Shown: in pieces, positions 13,898 to 24,938 of the stretch | How the letters are laid out: each line of letters opens with the position of its first letter | Numbering within the stretch: the first letter of the stretch is position 1 | Assembly (NCBI GenBank): GCA_964016885.1 | Contig: OZ024740.1 | Coordinates: 109,430,001 to 109,494,000, forward strand | Source: Eledone cirrhosa | Taxonomy: Eukaryota | Direction: 5' to 3' | DNA length: 64,000 nt | Notes under the pieces: generated by a model | Told to the model about the DNA's origin: nothing | Seen by the model: the letters and a program-made list of their open reading frames with translations, nothing else | Databases searched by the model: none | Translations under genes and position numbers: made by a program

Positions 13898-15545
13898 GCA
13901 TAAATAGAGAACAGATATCAATATATCAATAAAAATATCAGAAACAAAAAAATAAATAAAAAACAAAAACAAAAAAATATATTAAAAATAAAAATATTAA
14001 AAATATTAAAAACAAAAATAAAACATAGTATGCCCCGCAAATCAACCACAGAGATCAACCCTTCAAAGTTAATTGACAATATATTGCCAAGTTCGTTATA
14101 AGCATCAGAATCAAAAGCAAACAAAACCAAAAATTATTTACCAAATCCTGTCTAGCAGAAAACATTCCAAAAGTTTAGGATACCCATTTGATCTACAGAT
14201 GGTTTTATATTTAATATAGAGGTTTATCTAGTGTAAAATTTATTCGATATATTTGGAGCATCAGCTTTTAGGGTAGTTTAATTATTCATGAAGAATGTTT
14301 AAAATAAAAAAGAAATCGAAAGATTTATCGGCGAGTTTCATAAATAATTATAAATCAAATTAAATATACTACATTTTAAATTTATATTTATATTTAAAAG
14401 TTGAGTTCAATCTATGTCTGCAGCAACTGAATAAATTTGTCCGTAAATTAAGGGAATTTTTAGATTTTAGTATAAAGAATATCTCCTCCGCGCAGAGGTC
14501 ACATGTCTCAGAGGATGAATTAAAAGGAATCCCTCTTGAGACTATATTCCAAGCCGTCGAATATCCAACGTTATCATGCCTAAGTTGCCAGAGTAAGCCT
14601 GATAGTGATGTTGAAGATTTTTTGCTTGGATCTGTGAAAGAATTCTTGTGGTTATTATAGCGAAGTTTAAATTCTGTCGAGGTGGAACCAACATAGTTAA
14701 AAGAATTTAAGTCCGTTTTAACATCACAGTTGTATATTATATTTTTAACTAAGCAATTGTTATTTAACGGACATTTAGATCTATCTCTACAGTTACATTT
14801 GTTAACTTGGATATTATTTATGCTATTATCGGTATTTTGGCTAGGTTTTAAATTCCTATTATTTATTCTATTAATATTTTGTGCTAAATTTTTGGTGGAT
14901 GAGTAGGTTAATTTTATAGTATGTCTATTGAAAATTGAGTGATACCTATGTGTTCTAGGGAAGCGATTATCAAGAGCATTAAAAAATAGTTTAGCGATGT
15001 GGGTTTTAATGTTTAGTGAGAAAGGGGGGGGGGGGGCAAACCATATTATATTCCTAGTTCTATTTCTTTTTTGACTTTTGGAATTATTGTAATGCTTTCT
15101 ATTATAGTTGTTAAAGTTGTTGCCGTAATTAAAATTGTTGTTATTTTGGTTAGTTTGTCTATTATTATCTATGTACATAATTTTATCACTATATCCTGCT
15201 CTAGCTAACGCTTCATTGTAATACTGGGCTTTTTCGTCGAAAATCTTTTTATTAGATGAGATTCTAGAGATACGTTTTTGAACAGAGTTTACTATAGTAT
15301 TTTTAACAGATCTGGGGTGGTTAGAGTTAAAGCTGACATAGTTTAAGTTTTCATTCAACTTGTGAAATGGATAGTGAAGACATGTGTTGAGATTTAATGT
15401 TACATCTAGGAAATTGACTATTCTATGGTTATTCTCAATTTCTATTTTTAGATTAAAGTAATTAAAAAATTGTGTAATTTGTTTTCTTTTTCTATTTAGT
15501 TCAGAGTTATTATTTTCAATAAGTAAAAGCATGTCGTCTCTCTCT
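13898..15545 (-). mobile_element. Penelope-like element, 5'-truncated at the RT catalytic motif; C-terminal GIY-YIG (probably Hydra-type)
   Basis: (R)[22 protein letters not shown]-x5-CPLNNNCL linker, IIY-x12-[23 protein letters not shown]; followed by about 470 bp of 3' non-coding sequence. Confidence 0.88.
14369..15532 (-). CDS. PLE RT thumb plus GIY-YIG endonuclease (partial ORF, 387 aa, uninterrupted)
   Basis: ORF track plus the motifs above; no internal stops. Confidence 0.85.
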   Translation of the reverse strand: MLLLIENNNSELNRKRKQITQFFNYFNLKIEIENNHRIVNFLDVTLNLNTCLHYPFHKLNENLNYVSFNSNHPRSVKNTIVNSVQKRISRISSNKKIFDEKAQYYNEALARAGYSDKIMYIDNNRQTNQNNNNFNYGNNFNNYNRKHYNNSKSQKRNRTRNIIWFAPPPPFSLNIKTHIAKLFFNALDNRFPRTHRYHSIFNRHTIKLTYSSTKNLAQNINRINNRNLKPSQNTDNSINNIQVNKCNCRDRSKCPLNNNCLVKNIIYNCDVKTDLNSFNYVGSTSTEFKLRYNNHKNSFTDPSKKSSTSLSGLLWQLRHDNVGYSTAWNIVSRGIPFNSSSETCDLCAEEIFFILKSKNSLNLRTNLFSCCRHRLNSTFKYKYKFKM

Positions 15546-15642
15546 CTATATATATATATATTTATATATATATATATATTTATATATATATTTATATATA
15601 TTTATATATATATATATATTTATATATATATTTATATATATT

Positions 15643-15673
<31 letters not shown>

Positions 15674-15836
15674 TTATATATATATTTATATGTATATATT
15701 TATATATATATATTTATATATATATATTTATATTTATATATATATTTATATATATATTTATATATATATATTTATATATATATATATTTATATATATATA
15801 TATTTATATATATATATATTTATATATATATATATT

Positions 15837-15867
<31 letters not shown>

Positions 15868-15908
15868 ATTTATATATATATATTTATATATATATATTTA
15901 TATATATA
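15546..15908. repeat. (TA)n microsatellite with TTTA interruptions
   Basis: Directly visible. Confidence 0.95.
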
Positions 15909-16176
15909 TAAACGGAAAAAATGAAACGATATTTCATTTCCCACTCTTAGTACGGCTGTTACTTAAATATAAGTATGTACACGTACATACATATATGTAT
16001 ACCGACGTACAGTAGTATGTATATATATATATACATACATGCACACATATATATATGCACGTATGGATTCACCGAACATTTATTATAATGCTCGGTGTGT
16101 TTGTAAACAAACATCCCGTATTAAGCCGTAGTGTCTAGCAACCACCGTTGCTCGTTTGTTCAACACTGACAAAGGA

Positions 16177-16219
16177 ACGCTGTACTAGTTTCAAGCTTGT
16201 TAGCTATCGTCAGCAACGT
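16177..16219 (-). ncRNA. Type I hammerhead ribozyme (422-bp family, copy 1)
   Basis: Minus strand ACGTTG-CTGACGA-T-AGCT-AACA-AGCT-T-GAAA-CTAG-TA-CAGCGT; stem I pairs, palindromic stem III ACTAGT, GUA cleavage triplet. Confidence 0.85.
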
Positions 16220-16598
16220 ATACCTTCCTGCCAGATTGTTGAACGTATATACTTACCTTATGCATATTAACGGCTGAGTAGCCCAATATGCATATCGAGT
16301 GGGTTAATCGGCCGGGTGCACCGAAAACGATAAACGGAAAAAATGAAACGATATTTCATTTCCCACTCTTAGTACGGCTGTTACTTAAATATAAGTATGT
16401 ACACGTACATACATATATGTATACCGACGTACAGTAGTATGTATATATATATATACATACATGCACACATATATATATGCACGTATGGATTCACCGAACA
16501 TTTATTATAATGCTCGGTGTGTTTGTAAACAAACATCCCGTATTAAGCCGTAGTGTCTAGCAACCACCGTTGCTCGTTTGTTCAACACTGACAAAGGA

Positions 16599-16641
16599 AC
16601 GCTGTACTAGTTTCAAGCTTGTTAGCTATCGTCAGCAACGT
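16599..16641 (-). ncRNA. Type I hammerhead ribozyme (422-bp family, copy 2)
   Basis: Identical to 16177-16219, offset 422. Confidence 0.85.
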
Positions 16642-16903
16642 ATACCTTCCTGCCAGATTGTTGAACGTATATACTTACCTTATGCATATTAACGGCTGAG
16701 TAGCCCAATATGCATATCGAGTGGGTTAATCGGCCGGGTGCACCGAAAACGATAAACGGAAAAAATGAAACGATACACACCGAGCATTATAATAAATGTT
16801 CGGTGAATCCATACGTGCATATATATATGTGTGCATGTATGTATATATATATATACATACTACTGTACGTCGGTATACATATATGTATGTACGTGTACAT
16901 ACT

Positions 16904-16935
<32 letters not shown>

Positions 16936-17168
16936 TATATATATATATTTATATATATATATATTTATATATATATATATTTATATATATATATATTTAT
17001 ATATTAGAAATTGGAATAAATGCTCTGAAATAGCGATATATATGTGAATATAGACATAGAATATTCGAAAATATTCTGTATGTTTATAATAAACATTTTG
17101 AAGACCTAATCGCTATAGAATAGAATACGTCACGTATTACAATTAGATTCTCGATAAAAGCAAGGGAA

Positions 17169-18141
17169 GTAATCTACGCGTTTCATTCTCGTTAGAAATC
17201 ATCAGGACTACATATCCAGTGCTTTTATCGAGAATGACACAGCTAGAGACTTATAGAATACTTAGCTGTGTACAGGAACTGGTTTGAAAGAGCGGTTGCC
17301 GGTCCGGCAGAAATTAGAAATTGGAATAAATGCTCTGAAATAGCGATATATATGTGAATATAGACATAGAATATTCGAAAATATTCTGTATGTTTATAAT
17401 AAACATTTTGAAGACCTAATCGCTATAGAATAGAATACGTCACGTATTACAATTAGATTCTCGATAAAAGCAAGGGAAGTAATCTACGCGTTTCATTCTC
17501 GTTAGAAATCATCAGGACTACATATCCAGTGCTTTTATCGAGAATGACACAGCTAGAGACTTATAGAATACTTAGCTGTGTACAGGAACTGGTTTGAAAG
17601 AGCGGTTGCCGGTCCGGCAGAAATTAGAAATTGGAATAAATGCTCTGAAATAGCGATATATATGTGAATATAGACATAGAATATTCGAAAATATTCTGTA
17701 TGTTTATAATAAACATTTTGAAGACCTAATCGCTATAGAATAGAATACGTCACGTATTACAATTAGATTCTCGATAAAAGCAAGGGAAGTAATCTACGCG
17801 TTTCATTCTCGTTAGAAATCATCAGGACTACATATCCAGTGCTTTTATCGAGAATGACACAGCTAGAGACTTATAGAATACTTAGCTGTGTACAGGAACA
17901 GGTTTGAAAGAGCGGTTGCCGGTCCGGCAGAAATTAGAAATTGGAATAAATGCTCTGAAATAGCGATATATATGTGAATATAGACATAGAATATTCGAAA
18001 ATATTCTGTATGTTTATAATAAACATTTTGAAGACCTAATCGCTATAGAATAGAATACGTCACGTATTACAATTAGATTCTCGATAAAAGCAAGGGAAGT
18101 AATCTACGCGTTTCATTCTCGTTAGAAATCATCAGGACTAC
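17169..18141 (-). ncRNA. Four type I hammerhead ribozymes (17169-17211, 17479-17521, 17789-17831, 18099-18141)
   Basis: Reverse complements of the motif at 18446-18488. Confidence 0.87.
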
Positions 18142-18445
18142 ATATCCAGTGCTTTTATCGAGAATGACACAGCTAGAGACTTATAGAATACTTAGCTGTG
18201 TACAGGAACTGGTTTGAAAGAGCGGTTGCCGGTCCGGCAGAAATTAGAAATTGGAATAAATGCTCTGAAATAGCGATATATATGTGAATATGTCTATATT
18301 CACATATATATCGCTATTTCAGAGCATTTATTCCAATTTCTAATTTCTGCCGGACCGGCAACCGCTCTTTCAAACCAGTTCCTGTACACAGCTAAGTATT
18401 CTATAAGTCTCTAGCTGTGTCATTCTCGATAAAAGCACTGGATAT

Positions 18446-19418
18446 GTAGTCCTGATGATTTCTAACGAGAATGAAACGCGTAGATTACTTCCCTTGCTTT
18501 TATCGAGAATCTAATTGTAATACGTGACGTATTCTATTCTATAGCGATTAGGTCTTCAAAATGTTTATTATAAACATACAGAATATTTTCGAATATTCTA
18601 TGTCTATATTCACATATATATCGCTATTTCAGAGCATTTATTCCAATTTCTAATTTCTGCCGGACCGGCTACCGCTCTTTCAAACCAGTTCCTGTACACA
18701 GCTAAGTATTCTATAAGTCTCTAGCTGTGTCATTCTCGATAAAAGCACTGGATATGTAGTCCTGATGATTTCTAACGAGAATGAAACGCGTAGATTACTT
18801 CCCTTGCTTTTATCGAGAATCTAATTGTAATACGTGACGTATTCTATTCTATAGCGATTAGGTCTTCAAAATGTTTATTATAAACATACAGAATATTTTC
18901 GAATATTCTATGTCTATATTCACATATATATCGCTATTTCAGAGCATTTATTCCAATTTCTAATTTCTGCCGGACCGGCTACCGCTCTTTCAAACCAGTT
19001 CCTGTACACAGCTAAGTATTCTATAAGTCTCTAGCTGTGTCATTCTCGATAAAAGCACTGGATATGTAGTCCTGATGATTTCTAACGAGAATGAAACGCG
19101 TAGATTACTTCCCTTGCTTTTATCGAGAATCTAATTGTAATACGTGACGTATTCTATTCTATAGCGATTAGGTCTTCAAAATGTTTATTATAAACATACA
19201 GAATATTTTCGAATATTCTATGTCTATATTCACATATATATCGCTATTTCAGAGCATTTATTCCAATTTCTAATTTCTGCCGGACCGGCAACCGCTCTTT
19301 CAAACCAGTTCCTGTACACAGCTAAGTATTCTATAAGTCTCTAGCTGTGTCATTCTCGATAAAAGCACTGGATATGTAGTCCTGATGATTTCTAACGAGA
19401 ATGAAACGCGTAGATTAC
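18446..19418 (+). ncRNA. Four type I hammerhead ribozymes (18446-18488, 18756-18798, 19066-19108, 19376-19418)
   Basis: GTAGTC-CTGATGA-T-TTCT-AACG-AGAA-T-GAAA-CGCG-TA-GATTAC; stem I GTAGTC/GATTAC extended by a perfect 16-bp helix ATTCTCGATAAAAGCA/TGCTTTTATCGAGAAT; palindromic stem III ACGCGT. Confidence 0.88.
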
Positions 19419-19540
19419 TTCCCTTGCTTTTATCGAGAATCTAATTGTAATACGTGACGTATTCTATTCTATAGCGATTAGGTCTTCAAAATGTTTATTA
19501 TAAACATACAGAATATTTTCGAATATTCTATGTCTATATT

Positions 19541-19588
19541 TATATATATATATATTTATATATATATATATTTATATATATATATATT

Positions 19589-19619
<31 letters not shown>

Positions 19620-19622
19620 ATT

Positions 19623-19693
<71 letters not shown>

Positions 19694-19728
19694 ATTTATA
19701 TATATATATATTTATATATATATATATT

Positions 19729-19795
<67 letters not shown>

Positions 19796-19810
19796 ATTTA
19801 TATATATATA

Positions 19811-19893
<83 letters not shown>

Positions 19894-20034
19894 ATTTATA
19901 TATATATATTTATATATATATATTTATATATATATATTTATATTTATATATATTTATTTATATATATTTATATATATATATTTATATATATTTATTTATA
20001 TATATTTATATATATATATTTATATATATATATA
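19541..20034. repeat. (TA)n with TTTA interruptions
   Basis: Directly visible. Confidence 0.95.
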
Positions 20035-23000
20035 CGCAATCCAAAACTTCAGAGTTGGTACCATGAATGTAGGCACCTTAAAGGGTCGCTCTAACGAGGT
20101 TGTAGAAATGCTTGAACGTAAGGAGGTCGATGTTTGTTGTATTCAAGAGACCAGGTGGAGGGGAGGGTCGGCTAGATTCATCGTGGGTAAAGAACGATGC
20201 TATAAGCTTTTCTGGGTGGGAAATGACAATGGGTTGGGTGGGGTAGGAATCATGGTAGCAGAAAAGTGGGCAGATAAGATAATAGACGTAAATAGAGTGA
20301 ACGACAGAATAATTAAAATAAGACTTGTCCTCAATAAAACTACGGTGACAGTAATATCTGCGTACGCACCCCAATCCGGACTGCCCGGCGCTATAAAAGA
20401 CAGATTCTACGAAACACTGATGCTCGCTACCTCCCAAATAACCGACAGTGACTATATAGTTATTGCAGGCGACCTAAATGGTCACGTTGGACAACATTGT
20501 GACGGCTATGACGGAATCCATGGAGGCTATGGGTTCGGTACTAGAAATGAGGAAGGCTCCAGAATCCTGGAATTCTGCGACGCAAATAACTTAACTATCT
20601 GTAACACTAACTTCAAAAAACGAGACAATCACTTGATCACCTATAGATCGGGGGAACACACAAGCCAGGTAGATTATATCCTTACCAGAAGACGTGACAG
20701 AGTGTCTGTTGTTAACACTAAATCCCACCCCCATGAAGAATTCACCTCCCAACATAGACTGATAATTAGCGACCTCATAGTCAGGACGAGACGTACTAGA
20801 CAGCGGAAGAGGACTATCCTCAGGAGAAAAATATGGAAGCTAAAGGACCCCATAGCCAGAAATAAATTTCAAAGCATATTACTTGACGCTTTCGACAGTA
20901 AGGAAGAGCAATTAGAGTCGTATAATATAGAGGAACAGTGGGAATTCCTGAGAGCAAACCTGCTGACGGCGGCAGACGAAGTCTGTGGCTGGAGCAGGCC
21001 TGTAGGTAGGAGGAGAGTAACATGGTGGTGGAACAGTAAGGTGGAGGAGTCAATTAAGGCCAAAAAGCAGGCTTGGAAAGTATGGCGGGATGGGGGAAGT
21101 AGAGAAGACTATCAAGTGGCCAGGAGGGAAGCTAGGAGACAAGTGTACTTCGCAAGAAGGGAAGCAGAGGAAAGAAAGTTAAAGCATGTTCTACAACGTG
21201 AGGACCAAAAACGTGAGGTGTTCAGGATTGCCAGGCAATGTGTCAAGGAAAACCGTGATATTGTCGGGGAGAAGTGTGTACTTAACGATGATGGCATACT
21301 TGCCATCACCGACGCTGATAAGAAGGTAGCTTGGAAGTGTCACTACGAAAGGCTTCTAAATGAGGAGAACAAATGGGAGAAAGACAGTCTCCCCCACATC
21401 GACCCAATAGAGGGACCAGCAGTGTTAGTTGAAGGTAGTATAATAAGTAAGGCAATCAAAGATATGAAGACGGGTAAGGCGGCTGGGCCTTCGGAAATAG
21501 TTGCTGAGATGCTGAAGGCATCTGGTTCGGTGGGACACACCATGGTCACCCGGATAGTTAACCAAGTCGTACAGAATGGGGTTGTTCCGAAGGAATGGCG
21601 TAGCAGCATCATCGTTAACTGCTATAAGGGAAAAGGAGATGCCCTAGATAGGAGTAACTATAGAGGCATTAAATTAATCGACCAGGTCATGAAGGTCACG
21701 GAAAAAGTAATAGCGCAACTAATCAGAGAGAGAATTGATCTAGATGAAATGCAGTTCGGGTTTGTGTCAGGCAAAAGTACCACAGACGCTCTTTTCATTG
21801 TACGACAACTACAGAAGAAGTACCTAGCTAAAAGTAAACCCCTATACTTAGCTTTCGTCGACTTGGAGAAAGCCTTCGACAGAGTCCCCCGCTCCATTAT
21901 CTGGTGGGCTCTTAGAAAACTAGGTGTTGACGAATGGCTTGTGAGAGCTAAACAAGCCATGTATAAAGAAACAGTCAGTAAGGTTAGAATTAACAACGAA
22001 TATAGTGAAGAGTTTAGCGTAAAAGTTGGTGTCCATCAGGGCTCTGTTCTTAGCCCCCTACTATTTATTATTGCCCTTCAGGCTATAACAGAGGAGTTCA
22101 AGACCGGCTGCCCATGGGAACTCCTATACGCAGATTATCTAACGCTCATAGCTGAATCAATGACCGAACTAGAGAAGAAATTCCAAACATGGAAGCACGG
22201 CCTAGAATCAAAAGGCCTTAAAATTAACCTGGCTAAGACTAAAGTTCTAGTTTGTAGGAAAGAAAATAAGGCGGCAGTCCCATCGGGGAAATGGCCATGC
22301 TCAGTGTGTAGGAAAGGCGTAGGTAGAAACTCCATTTTATGTCCCAAATGCAAAGTATGGGTGCATAAAAGATGTAGTGGGATCACAGGTAAGCTAACTA
22401 AGAACATAGATTTTACATGTGGCCGGTGCTCTGGTGCAATAAGTAGCAGCAAGTGCCCACAAAATACTAGCTCCTTCAACTGCGCAGAGGGTTCTATAGA
22501 AATAGTGGACAGCTTCCGTTATCTGGGTGACAAAATCAGCAGTGGGGGAGGGTGCTCTGAAAGTACAGTAGCTAGAGTCAGAACTGGATGGAAAAAAGTT
22601 CAGAGAGCTTATACCACTATTAGCCGCTAGAGGGTTCTCCCTAAAAATGAAAGGCAGGTTATACGATGCCTGTATACGAACAGCAATGCTGCATGGCAGT
22701 GAGACCTGGGCATTGTGTGCAGAGGATATACGCAGACTAGAGAGGAACGAAGCTTGCATGCTCCGCTGGATGTGCAATAGTAATATACGTGAACGGCAAA
22801 GCATAAACGAACTAAGGAAAAAATTAAAAATAAGAGGGATCAGATGTTGTTTACTCGAGAGAAGGCTACGTTGGTACGGTCACGTGATGCGCATGAAAGA
22901 CGACAGCTGTATAACAAAGTGCAGGGCAATAAAGATAGACGGTAGCCACGGAGTAGGCAGACCCAGAAAAACATGGGACGAGCTGATAAATTCCGACCTC

Positions 23001-23590
23001 ACACGCTTACACCTCTCCAAGACAATGTCACTGGACCGAGACCTTTGGCGGTACTCAGTAATAGAGAAGACCCGCCTTACCTAAATACAAAGTAAAAACC
23101 TACTACAGTCAGTAGGCATCTCTATCAAAACACACCCCCGTCCCACCACCTCCACCCCACCCGCACCGCCCCTTTCAATGTAAAGTTATGTTGGTCCCAC
23201 AACATCCAGGCCGAAACAAATGAGATCGTGTAGGTGTCACGACAAAAAACACACAGTCCACGCTGTAAATGTGGCCGTGTAGGCAACGCGGTAAAAACCT
23301 CCCAGCCCCACACTGTAAATGTGGTTGGTGTTAGGAAGGGCATCCAGCTGTAGAAAACCCGCCAGACAGTCCACGCTGTAATGTGGCCGTGTAGGCAACA
23401 CGGTAAAAACCTCCCAGCCCCACACTGTAAATGTGGTTGGTGTTAGGAAGGGCATCCAACTGTAGAAAACCCGCCAGACAGTACTATGCGAGCAAGACAA
23501 CCACTCTTGCCTCAAGTGGGAAAACCCCCGTCCAAACCCATGCAAGCGTGGAACACGGACGCTAAACCTGATGATGATGATGATGATGAT
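20035..23590 (+). mobile_element. Near-full-length RTE LINE (APE-RT-PHD-like finger), 3' UTR with about 119-bp internal duplication, (GAT)n tail
   Basis: [33 protein letters not shown]; NYRGIKL, FVDLEKAFD, HQGSVLSP; tail at 23569-23590. Confidence 0.96.
20063..23084 (+). pseudogene. RTE APE-RT polyprotein, inactivated (YADD to YADY; frameshift near 22592)
   Basis: Split ORFs 20063-22630 and 22647-23084; GCAGATTAT here versus GCAGATGAT/GCTGATGAC in sister copies. Confidence 0.9.
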
Positions 23591-23605
23591 ATATTTATAT
23601 ATATA

Positions 23606-24327
23606 TATTTCGTTTCTGAATTTGTTTAGCAAGATTCTTTATCTGAAATCGTGTGTTGAAACCGATATTGTTATACTTTGGGAGGGTCATGTTGCCAATA
23701 AGAAACACACGCACCAGTTGCTTTCACTTCAATTTAATTTATTATATATTTATAAATTTACAAATTTATAAATTTCTGGTTGGTTGGTTGGTTCCACAAC
23801 CAGATAGTTGTTTATATATATATAGTCATAGTTCTTTCGTCACACACTCTGTGACCTCTTCAGTGACTGGGGATTTCTTTCTTCGTTTCTGTGCCTTTCC
23901 TTTCTTCTATCCTACGCCATTTTGTTTGTGTGTGGGTTGCGTGCTCCGTTTGCGCATGCGCCACATCCGGGTGTCTGTGTGTGTTTGTGTTCATTGTGTT
24001 CACACAAACACACACAGACACCCGGATGTGGCGCATGCGGAAACGGAGCACGCAACCCACACACAAACAAAATGGCGTAGGATAGAAGGAAGGAAAGGCA
24101 CAGAAACGAAGAAAGAAATCCCCAGTCACTGAAGAGGTCACAGAGTGTGTGACGAAAGAACTATGACTATATATATATAAACAACTATCTGGTTGTGGAA
24201 CCAACCAACCAACCAGAAATTTATAAATTTGTAAATTTATAAATATATAATAAATTAAATTGAAGTGAAAGCAACTGGTGCGTGTGTTTCTTATTGGCAA
24301 CATGACCCTCCCAAAGTATAACAATAT
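23606..24327. mobile_element. Palindromic PLE-pLTR/retrozyme-like insertion (326-bp arms, 11-nt spacer, 59-nt extra left tail)
   Basis: 23665-23990 is the reverse complement of 24002-24327 with about 2 mismatches; flanked by TA tracts. Confidence 0.88.
24124..24168 (+). ncRNA. Hammerhead-like motif, slightly non-canonical (mirror copy 23824-23868 on minus strand)
   Basis: AGTCA-CTGAAGA-G-GTCACA-GAGTG-TGTGAC-GAAA-GAAC-TA-TGACT; stems I and II pair; stem III imperfect; one unpaired G before stem II. Confidence 0.65.

Positions 24328-24938
<611 letters not shown>

Larger units (their letters stand above)
15909..16908 (-). mobile_element. 422-bp hammerhead-containing tandem repeat (2 units plus 23 bp) with 134-bp inverted segment; retrozyme/PLE-pLTR-like
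   Basis: TAAACGG recurs at 15909, 16331, 16753; 16775-16908 is the reverse complement of 15967-16100; TA tracts on both sides. Confidence 0.88.
17003..19540. mobile_element. 310-bp hammerhead-containing tandem array forming a 2.5-kb head-to-head palindrome (about 4.15 units minus-sense plus about 4 units plus-sense)
   Basis: ATTAGAAATTGG at 17003/17313/17623/17933/18243; TGTCTATATT at 18291/18601/18911/19221/19531; inversion point about 18290. Confidence 0.93.

Noticed and set aside
13898-14368. Hammerhead in the PLE 3' region
   Set aside because: Only CTGATGC-type near matches, with no properly placed stem II and GAAA.
17003-19540. CRISPR array or simple satellite interpretation
   Set aside because: No unique spacers and eukaryotic context; the hammerhead in every unit and the inverted geometry argue against plain satellite DNA.
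17003-19540. Fold-back read artefact as the cause of the palindrome
   Set aside because: Disfavoured, not excluded: the arms have private variants (17900; 18670 and 18980), different end points and an asymmetric centre, and the geometry recurs in other insertions.
20063-23084. Active autonomous RTE
   Set aside because: YADY catalytic change, frameshift and missing 5' UTR (the homopolymer frameshift could be a sequencing error).
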